DNA of 63,022 nt, filler included, from Platydemus manokwari (lineage: Eukaryota): NCBI GenBank assembly GCA_037951405.1. It is 5 parts of 5 records of this genome, joined end to end, with 100 filler letters (N's around TTAATTAATTAA, not from the genome) between each part and the next. Parts side by side here need not be neighbours in the genome. Positions count along the whole stretch, not along the records: positions 53,028 to 63,022 come from JBBMOY011181100.1; 4 more parts are not named here. One strand, written 5' to 3'. The position numbers and the translations under genes were made by a program. Within the stretch, counting starts at the first letter, position 1. Every line of letters starts with the position of its first letter. The notes under the pieces are model-generated. The model saw only the letters and a list, made by a program, of their open reading frames with translations. It did no database searches and was not told where the DNA came from. Positions 53,028 to 63,022 of this stretch are shown here, piece by piece.

Positions 53028-53840
53028 TAATCATAATTACAAAATATTGTTTAAGAATAATTAAAAATAATTACAGTGATGATTCATCCATAATAAAACA
53101 AGCTTATTAGTTTTTTTTCCAAAACTTATAATTTTAATTTAGTAACAACCTTATAGTGAAATCATAAGATAATCATAATCTTGATAATAATAAAACAATA
53201 TTAATAATATAATAATAATGTTGATGTATCACTTTTCCCTATGATATATTCTATATGTTGATTCTTTTCCAATAAAGAAAAAATTCACCCGAATTAATTA
53301 ATTCTTGATTCGAGGCATTTTTTAAATTTATTAATCTTCTTTTTTTTCCGCGAGCTTTTCCATTTGGTAAGATTGTTTGACAATTCATTTTTTCCTTCAA
53401 AATGTTTATCACATAGATATCATATTTTCCTATATTTTTTAAGGAATTGATTGTGAATAATTTTAAATACTAAAATTCAAACTGACCAAAACTAAGAACT
53501 TTCTCTGATGTTTTACCAATATTTGATATGTGACTACGACCATTTGCGGGGAATTAATTGATTTGATTTTTTTAATGGATTTAGTTAATTCCAGCTAACT
53601 ACAGGTTTAAGATTATTATTATTAACAAAATATTCTAACAATATTAATTAAATATTATAAAGAACATTCAATACCTGATTATAACACAACAATAGGGGTA
53701 AACCATCACTCGAGTGAGAAACAGTATTCACATTTTGTCCTAATAATTGATGGTCTTTTGAATATTTAATGTGCGTGACTAAATTTTGATCAATTCATTA
53801 CGTTTTATATGAAAAATAACCCCGTGTAAATCCGTTTTAG

Positions 53841-53967
53841 GAACTAGTTTTGATATTCTTTTTCGGTGCTGAATATCTTATTCGATTGTGGTCAGCCGGA
53901 TGTCGGAGTAAATATCTCGGTGTTCGTGGTCGGTTCAGATTCTCAAAGAAACCAATATCAATCATCG
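53841..53967 (+). CDS. KCNQ1: KCNQ1-like (Kv7) potassium channel exon, S2 to start of S3
   Basis: ttttag|...|gtaagt, 127 nt: [52 protein letters not shown] and KPISIID are KCNQ1-type. Confidence 0.93.
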
Positions 53968-54336
53968 GTAAGTTGTTGAAAGTATTTACATATTGATAGT
54001 TGATTTTATTGAAAAAGTAAAAAAAAACTTTGAAAATTCAGAATAAAGACAAAAGTAAAATGGTTTCCATCAATTTGTATGAGAAGAATGTCTAACAGAA
54101 AACAATAATTATTTAAGTGATCATTATTACCCGATATTTCATAAAATACATATTCTAAACAAATAAAGAACTTAAACCCACAAAAGTATATTCAACAGAA
54201 ATATTCAAACAAATTATGTCGTTTTTAATATATGTTAATTAAATATCCAATTTGATTTCTTATTTGAAATCATCGCAATAATAACAACATCGAAGATGAT
54301 AATGATAATAATATTATTAATGTTTGGCCTACCTGC

Positions 54337-54720
54337 TGTAGAGGACAAAAATATTCTTTAGAACCCATTTATCTGACTCCAAAAATATAGTAGTTGAACA
54401 CTACGATATATTTTATAACACTGCACAACCTTTAATCACCAAAGAAAATTACAATCAAGGGTCCAATCCTTATATAAAGTTCAATAATCACGGAACTTGT
54501 CCGCACACAATATTAGGCTAACGGCCAATGAGCTACTCCTGGCCTATACTACGTTACAAGTGTGCGCAACAAACAGTTACGGGCGCACTACTCTACTCGT
54601 TTCTGCTAACCGGTATTCGGGAGCAACGTCCTCGAATGTCTTACAATTCAAATTACTACTATTTCAAATATTGTGGAAACACTTTTCTCGAATATTTCTC
54701 CCTGAATAAAAATTAAATAC
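54337..54720. repeat. GC-richer LTR-like TE fragment in KCNQ1 intron
   Basis: Starts TGTAG and shares CTGACTCCAAAAATA with the reverse complement of the 57168 repeat. Boundaries uncertain. Confidence 0.3.
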
Positions 54721-57167
54721 CAAACAATTAACCTTTATTGAGTTCTGATTTCAATTCTGATTTCAATCTTCTAACTTTTCTAAGACTTGTGAGCCCCTGA
54801 GATTTTCCTTTTCTGTTCCAATAAAATATTTCTGGATTGTTGATATGAGTTTCTATAATTTCCCTTTTCTTCATTGCCAATAGTTAATTGCAGACTGTAA
54901 CTGTAAACTGTGTGTTAATCTGCGTCTGAATTACTGTCGAAATTTATGGCCTCGGAAATTGTTTTCTATGTTAAATTTAACGATTTAGATAAACAAACTG
55001 AATTATTTAAATAATTAATTCTATTCTTTATTTTTATATTATTTTGTTTAAACATTTATTTTTAGAAAAAATAATTTTTATTTAACAATTTTTATTCTAT
55101 TTTTGTTTTATTTATTTATTTTTACATTTCAAACATTCCAAACCAAACACCTTTCATCTTTTTAAAATCAATTAACTTTTGTCATGTCTTTATTAATTAT
55201 ATTTATTTAGTGGGCTCTTCAATAATAATATTATTATTAAGTTAAGTAACATATTTATAATTACAACTAAAGTACATATCACCATAACAATAGAAAATTT
55301 TCAATGATAATAACGCTAAAAGCTGTGCGGAAAATTATTACATGGCTGATTAAAAATAATATGTAGACGATTTTGTTGTATGGATCATATCAGTACAGAC
55401 AAAATGGTTGACTAATAAGACAAAATTATCAAAAGTTTCTTGTAAGTAAGACTCAATATATTTTCATTTTAAATACTTAAATTTGTATTGGTGATAACCA
55501 ACTAAGTACTTCACTAATAATTATTATTATGTTGTTATCATTATCATCGTTATTATTATTACAATTTACTGCTTGCTGATTGCTACTATTTCAATGAATT
55601 AGAATTGAAATTAATTTAAGAAAGTCAACAAACAAAAAATATACATTTAATATAAACATTTAAACAAATTATTAAAACTTTAAAATATTATCACTGCAGT
55701 ATAAAGAGAGACTGTAAAACCCTGACAAAAAATTGCCCTAAATGACTCACATATTGAGATAAACTCTCCCGTTGTAGGTATGAGTTAAATTTAATGTTTC
55801 TCACATAATTCCTGGACTTTATTATCCTCTATCATGAACGTTATTTATGGTTTATCTCTAATTCGTTGTGTTATCGAATGAATTTTTTATTATATAAATA
55901 TATTTTCAACGAGTAAATCCAACTTTGTAAGCAGTTAGATAAAAGTACGAGGATCATTTGGTCAGATAGAATCAAAAACAACGTTACTACAGATCCTGAT
56001 TAGAGTTGCATAAAACAACTTACAAATAAACCATTACAGTATAGATGTGGTATTATATCTCATTTCTTATTTAAGCGAGAGTCAGTATTATTTCCCGAGA
56101 TTGACTTTACGAATTCAATAAATTACCCGTCATACATTAAGACCATCAGTTCGATTTCAATGGGAAATAAAATATGAAAGCAATTTATATTGTATGAAAT
56201 GTTGAAAGTTATTGTTATACTTAAAGCATTGCTCTTCTAACAATCATTAAAACCAACTAATATTTAATTTCATCATCTAAATATATTCAAATTAACTTTA
56301 AAGTCGATTTTCGTTTCAAATTCAAAGCATATGATTTATGGTTTTTCACTGGCTTGGATATTGTAAATTATTCCCTCTTCTCAAATAAAAACCCGTTCGG
56401 CAGTATGATCAATATCGCACACTGTTCAAAATATTTTGTACCGAATGATATTGTTCATGAAATATTATTTCAGCGGCTCTATGAAATAGAATAATCAAAC
56501 ATCCTTTTACCGAATCTAATTAGCTTTTTAGTAAATTTGTAATTTATTGTTCATTTTCTGATACTTATTGATTCCTAAATAGGATGTTGAAATATCTCGC
56601 TTTTTCGGTTTCTATAATTTCATCCCAAAAGACCCGTCTGTCGAGCAAATTTCTGATCATAAATTCGATGTGCTATTATTATTATCGTTTGGTATGCTTG
56701 CATTGTATATTTGAATAAAGGAAAGAGTTTATACCAAACATTTTCATTCAGTTATTAGTTCGATACAGGAATCAGAATTAAGTAAATTTTTAAACATGGC
56801 AGTAATAGATTGTTAATATAATTGATCGAGTTTAATATTATTAAATATTAGATTTTAATAAATATCTTTAATATTTTGATTTGTTAACAAATTTTAACAA
56901 AACAATGGTCAGTGAAAGTTCAGAAAAGAATATAACAATGAAATCTGTAGTATTTTGATTAATAAATTGCGCCACATTTATAAGTGATATTCTTATCAGA
57001 AATTAAGGTGGCAATGAAGTTGATTGAAGCAAATTATTAACTGACAGATTCGAATATCTATTAGCAAATGCTCATGAACTTTGTAAGATAATAATTACGT
57101 ATTGTAAGGATAATTTAAAGAACAATTTTAATAATAATTTTAAACTGAAATATTTATAAAAGAAATA

Positions 57168-57640
57168 TTTTTGAGTGAGATGAAATACTGCAAAAAGAAA
57201 AACGGATTTGCACTTTGGACATTAGCACTTTAAACATTTGCATGCTTACACATCCATACAAGCGTGGCAACCAGCCAATCACAGTGGAGCTAGATGGTAA
57301 ACGACAATTGCAAAAAGGGACATAACCACACAACACACACATGGGAATTGACCAATCTTACTCATGCAAAAACTAAAAACCCAATAGGAACATGAAAGAT
57401 CGAACCAAAATGTGATACAACATGACACAAAAAACTACACATAGATCTCAAAAATAAATATCGATATAAAGATAGCCCAACTGCCAGTTGGAAGCCAGGT
57501 TTTGTTGATATTTTGTAAAATATGTCAGGCGTAATTACTTGTAAGTCGTACTGAATAGTACGAGATCTAAATACAATTTTAGCCTTCTATTTTTGGAGTC
57601 AGTAATGAGTTAATTATTTAGGAAGATCCGGCAATGTTAA
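57168..57640. repeat. Solo-LTR-like dispersed repeat, copy 3
   Basis: Colinear with 30001 and 30593 (TTGAGTGAGATG, CCAATCACAGTGGAGCTAGATG, AACTGCCAGTTGGAAGCCA). Confidence 0.65.
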
Positions 57641-57836
57641 ATTTTAAAAATTTTAATTTACACTTAAATTTATTTATACTTAAATTTAAATTTATAAAAT
57701 TTAACATTGTCGGATCTTCCTAAATAATTAACTCATTCCTGACTCCAAAAATAGAAGGCTAAAATTGTATTTAGATTTCGTACTATTCAGTACGACTTAC
57801 AAGTAATTATGCTTGACATATTTTACAAAATATCAA
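57505..57836. repeat. 332-bp inverted repeat (156-bp arms, 20-nt loop)
   Basis: 57505-57660 is the reverse complement of 57681-57836, with 7 mismatches by manual alignment. Confidence 0.95.
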
Positions 57837-58620
57837 ATGTAATATGAAGTGATTTCCAAATATTTATATTTATAGATATATCAATATTTATATGCCTGAT
57901 TAAGGTAGGCAATTAAAGGAGCTCTCCGGGAAAGATTTTGTTTAAAAATGTTTAATTTGTTTGGAATAATAAAAATTACGAAAATCATCTAAATGAATAC
58001 TTTTGATGTATTTGCAACTTTAACCCAGGCATCCAGCACTAACATCTATTATTTATTTCTATTAACGACGTACTAATAATTTTTAGCTCTAAAACCAATT
58101 TCAAATTATGGAAATCTGTAATCTCAAAGAGCAGAAAGGACAATTAGCTTACCTATCAGAGGGTTATTCTTTGGATTATTAATAATTCAAGCACAAATTC
58201 GATTATATAAATTACGGTTGAAAATTTATATTTCGCAGAAATACTTGAAAATCCAATTTGAAAAATATAACTCTGAAAAATTTAAAATGAATTACCAGCG
58301 TTAATGTGAATCATTTAAAATTAGTTGTCGACATTAGTTGTCGAGAGAAATCCTGATTTAAGACAGTTTAACACAATATCCATATACTAATAACTATCCT
58401 TATATTTAACTTATATTAACGAATGTCATTGATAGCAAAGAGTTTTTGCCAAATGATAGATAATTTATATAAATTATTGTTTTTCTTTTTATTTACAAAA
58501 ATAATTTCTGTAATGAGATAAAAGAAATTTTGAAGACAAAGAGAATAAACGTGCTTGTTGATCGCATAAAAATAATTAACAGATATTTCATTATTTTTTG
58601 TTTTCAAACAACTTTTTCAG

Positions 58621-58699
58621 ATCTCGGTGTCGTAATAGCATCGTTTGTTGTTCTCACAGTCGGGAGCCAAGGCCAAGTTTTCGCTACTTCTGCAGTCAG
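58621..58699 (+). CDS. KCNQ1: KCNQ1-like exon, S3 and S3-S4 linker
   Basis: tttcag|...|gtgata, 79 nt, phase-compatible with the previous exon: (D)LGVVIASFVVLTVGSQGQVFATSAVR. Confidence 0.93.
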
Positions 58700-58756
58700 G
58701 TGATATGATTATAATAATCTTAATTACGAAAATTATATTATAATTTTAACGAAAGT

Positions 58757-59006
58757 NNNNNNNNNNNNNNNNNNNNNNNNNNNNNNNNNNNNNNNNNNNN
58801 NNNNNNNNNNNNNNNNNNNNNNNNNNNNNNNNNNNNNNNNNNNNNNNNNNNNNNNNNNNNNNNNNNNNNNNNNNNNNNNNNNNNNNNNNNNNNNNNNNNN
58901 NNNNNNNNNNNNNNNNNNNNNNNNNNNNNNNNNNNNNNNNNNNNNNNNNNNNNNNNNNNNNNNNNNNNNNNNNNNNNNNNNNNNNNNNNNNNNNNNNNNN
59001 NNNNNN
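58757..59006. other. Assembly gap (250 N)
   Basis: Plain N run without the linker. Confidence 0.98.
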
Positions 59007-59729
59007 TCATGACTTCTGATTTTTTGTTCCCAACGGATGATTTTGGTTTCACTTAAATTTCTAAATGCCAAAAATGATCTCATAGATTAAGAATTTGAAA
59101 GTGAACATTTAATAATCCAAAGCCAACAATTAACAATAATAATTGCCTTTAGTTAAACTTTCTGTAAAATTTAGTGTTAAAAATTAATTTTAAAGACTAA
59201 CTTGAATGGAAAACGTCATTTCAAAAATTAATTTTCCAATTATTTTTTCCAGTTTCAAATTGTCTTAATAATTGCTACCATTCCTAGTTTAAGGAAACAA
59301 ATTAGCATTGCAAATATTTAGCATAAGCTGTAGCTATTGTTATATTTCCGCTATGAATTGACAGCAATACAGTGTGTATTTATTTCAATACTGATATCTC
59401 ATTCATTCGATATATAGATTCTATCCCAATAATATTTTGTTTTAATAAAACCACAGTTATAATCAGGTACTGGCACTTTATGAAAATTAATTAAAATTGT
59501 TTTGTTACCCTGTATTTCACTTAAACACTGCCGTTAGTTCTTTCAGTTCTTATGATATTAAGTGTACATATCCCTTGTTATTTAAATGAAAATAATTTTC
59601 AACAATCTTAATCCAATTTTCTAGTGTTATAAGTCTTATCGTGGGAAAAGATAAAGATAGCTCCCATAAGCAAAAGATAAACATTTGGGTTTTCTAGAGT
59701 TGCAACATTCCCTGTAATTAATTATAGTA

Positions 59730-61037
59730 TAGGAACTGGAGCAAAAAATTTCGTTTTTATCAATGCGAAAATATTCTAATGTAGATCATTAACAAAACTG
59801 GAAAGTTCAAAATTTAAATTTAAATAAATCGATAAGAGTTGGTTATATGATTTAACCTGGAAGATGAAGGCAAAGCAATGCGGCATAAATTTCTTCGTTG
59901 CAACTTTAACACTAAACAACTTTTCGGTTACCGAAATCCTTCGCTTTCTTTCCGAAAGTTGGAGAGTAAAGAACGCTGTCAGCCTTTGGAGAGTACAGCA
60001 GATTATGAAAGAGTTTACAGAAGAACAGCTAACACTTTTTGAGCGAAGAGAAGGTTCAAGAAGACTAAGAACAAACACTGCAGAAGAAAATACCATTAAA
60101 TTGCGTAAAGTGATTGAAGAAGATTTCCACTTAACCTGTCCAGCCATTTCAAGAGTCACTGACATTAAAGGAACGAGTGTTTGCCGCATATTAAAACAAG
60201 AACTTCGAAAAAAGTGACTTTGCAGCAGATGGGTTCCTCACATTTTGACGGATAATAAGAAGAGAATCAGAGTCACTTGCTATCAAGAAATGTTGAATGT
60301 TTATTCGGCAAGAAGGGCTAAGGTGAATATCATTGTGATAGATTAAAAATGGATTTACCTTCGATACGTATCTCCAAAAGAACGCAACCGTGTTTGGGTG
60401 GATGGCCCAAGTGATCGTCCAACTATTACCAGGCTGACAATAATAATCGCAAAGTTCCGATTTTTGTTGCCAGCAACTATACAAAATCACTTACGTATTT
60501 CTAAATTCTTCACGACTGTGGATCCAACAACGCTGTCAGATGCATACAATACCTGCAGATTATGGTTTTAAACTTTCTAACAAGACTTCCTACTTTGGAA
60601 ATGGTCATTCAGCATGACAATGCCAGACCTTACACAGGACATTTAATTCGACTTTGATTTAAAGAACATCGCGTGTCTTTATTAAAGTAGCCGGTCTACT
60701 CACCCGACTCAAGCCTCATGGATCGCTTTATCTTCAGGAACTACTAGTGCTACCTACGTGGAAATAACTTCAATAATTCAAGGGAGGTGAGCCTTCAAAA
60801 TACTTTAGCCAATATCGAAGGGCAAGCTCACAATTCACTTTCAAAATTTTACACGTCACCTCCAGAGTGTCATTGAAGCTGTTGGAGACTATGTTTAGGC
60901 TCTGTTATGGTTTGATAACACTTTTAGTATAATTGCACCTGAGACTTTCACAATTAAATGTTTTAAATTGTATTTTTTTAGATTATGATAAGATTTCATC
61001 GAAGTAGGAAAAAAGAGATTTTTTGTGCCGGTCCCTA
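59730..61037 (+). mobile_element. Full-length (~1.3 kb) but inactivated mariner (DD34D) in KCNQ1 intron
   Basis: TA-flanked TIRs TAGGAACTGGAGCAAAAAATT / GATTTTTTGTGCCGGTCCCTA. ORF 59864-60217 holds the HTH region, followed by RWVPHILT, VID*KWIY, QHDNARP and YSPDSSLMDRFIF. Several stops and frameshifts. Confidence 0.93.
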
Positions 61038-63022
61038 TATATATTATCCTTTTAAAATCATGAAATTTTCATACTATTACTTCAGGAGTATAAAGAAGTT
61101 TTGCACAGCCAACATACTCAGGATATTTTTCACTGATCATCATATTCTGTTGGGGATCATTATCTCGCTCCCATAGGATAGAGATGCATTATATAGTTGG
61201 CAAGTATGAAGATTTTAAAGCCAATTGAATGTAAAGATTTTTTAGATTCGCAGTTAGCTCAAAAATTTTAAGTCAAAAATTCTATATTTCACTTCAGTTT
61301 GCTAGAACCTCAGTAATCAAAATAAAAGCAAAAAATGGCCTTTGTGGAAATTTTCTGGTTAGTTATGTTAATTTATTTAAATCAAGATGGTTTAAAGCAA
61401 GTTCACAATATGATATTTTTATGATGTATTTTTACAGGAAGCTCAATAATGTGAACCTATGACTCCAATGTAACACAGTGAGTCTCATGGATTTGAAATT
61501 AATAATCTCAGAATTCATAAACAAGGCCGACCTATTCCCACAGAACATACACAAAAGTGAATTGTCAAAATTATATAAATTTCATGATTTTCTTTTGAAA
61601 AATATCAATTTCATTAATGATTTAATTAAACCCGAACAGCTCTTGTCATGCTCACCATCACTCTGGCCATCATTAACATTTACCATCACCATGAGTATCT
61701 TTATCCAAATAATGTCACTCACTCATCATCACCTGTTATCGCTCCATCTTATCATTCAACAAATAAACAATCTATACTTCCCGATTTTTAGCTTTTTTTA
61801 CCGATTCATGCTTTTCATTATCGGGCTTGTTCAATCCTTACCTATTATTCTCCCTGCGCGGTATTGATTATAACAATATTTAATTATGTCCCTTTGTACA
61901 TATTTCAGCTATTCTCCTGGACAGATCAGTTTTATATTTATTAACGATGAAAGTGAGCATATCGCATTTTGAATTCGATGGACGACTATAACCGTTGTTG
62001 TAATCGGTGCTCGGACGTGTGAATAGTATCCTCCAGGACCCGAAGGATAAACGACACAAAAATGATCCTGCTACTCAGCCAATCGGATTCTCACCTATAT
62101 GACCTGGGTGCCTGCGGGCATATAGTGCAAGCTAACTCACAGTTGAGGAGATTACTGCCCATTAGAAAACATTTGTGTTATTATAAAACAATTTTGATCT
62201 TTTCTATGTTCTACAGCCAAGCCTTTTTTGGCTGTATTTGTATCGATTCTATGTGTATTTATCAATTATAACTTGTAGTTTTTAACTTTTATCTTTAAAT
62301 ATTTTTTTTCAATGTTTAATTTCCGAAAATTTAACTTTAAATGAACTTATTGTCGTGATTCTGATTATTGTAAAATATCGGATATTATAAATTGACTAAT
62401 AACAGTAATATTTTAAAATTTGCAATGCCTCAAATATGTTTAGGAGAAACTCACCAAATTTTCAATGAACCACCATATATAAATTTTTAAGGTTTATTAA
62501 TTTAATTTGATTAATTTTTGAAAAAAATTAATTTAAATACTCTTATGTAGACATTAATTATAATTTTTAGTTTTTTAACTTATTATTTGCAATTTTTTCG
62601 CTCTCGTAGATAATTTAATATCTGATAGGTCATCATTTTATTTAATATTAACAGGAGTAAGATTTCAGAGATCAAAATCTGCAAAAATTAAATTTTTAAA
62701 ATAAGAGTTAAAAAATTATTAAGAATACTTTAAAATTTTAACGAATTAATAGATTTAGATCAAAAATACACAACTTTTAATGAATCAAATCACATTAAAT
62801 ATTCAATAAAAAATTTCAAAGACCCTTTCTTTCTGAAAGTCACATTGAATCAGACTCATCAAGCTTTGAACAATAGAAAAGCAACATCATCCAAATAGAA
62901 ATGGATAAAATATATCGATTCATGACTAACGTAACTAAATAAAAGGAAAAAAATATTGAAAAAACAAAATACAAATTTTAGATGCTAGACAATTGGTTAA
63001 AAAAATAATAAAAACCAAGAAA

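Noticed and set aside
58733-59083. ORFs spanning the N gap
   Set aside because: Artefacts of translating Ns.
61478-61867. 129-aa ORF with hydrophobic C-terminus
   Set aside because: GTG start, no recognisable motif, and not the expected KCNQ1 S4 exon; unsupported.

Overview
AT-rich eukaryotic (metazoan, invertebrate-like) genomic scaffold, not prokaryotic. It has short GT-AG introns of about 40-70 nt plus long TE-filled introns; a planarian-type genome is a guess only. Four 100-nt spacers (N44-TTAATTAATTAA-N44) and one 250-N gap break continuity, so adjacency across them is uncertain. Host genes read by hand: one GRIP1-like PDZ1 exon (-); an 11-exon GTF3C2/TFIIIC110-like WD40 gene whose last exon is a 7.2-kb open frame adding about 2350 aa of acidic disordered sequence, a tandem repeat and a small C-terminal globular module (-); an 8-exon MED17 (-); two KCNQ1-like exons (+). 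About 5.5-14.1 kb holds two diverged, decayed copies of a Polinton/Maverick (adintovirus-like) endogenous virus: pPolB tail, major and minor capsid, adenain protease, core-like protein, fibre-like protein, a 2-TM protein and an HNH nuclease. Other mobile DNA: two mariners, a pogo/Tigger relic, a hAT MITE and a hAT deletion derivative with perfect 8-bp TSDs, Gypsy pol fragments, three related solo-LTR-like repeats and a 332-bp hairpin. Best leads: (1) dispersed triloop mini-hairpins seen only in the Polinton, one inserted in frame in the protease; (2) adjacent YPxL and PSAP ESCRT late-domain motifs in a Polinton membrane protein; (3) the giant extension of GTF3C2; (4) a G-U-biased intronic hairpin in KCNQ1. 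All family assignments come from motif recognition, not database searches.
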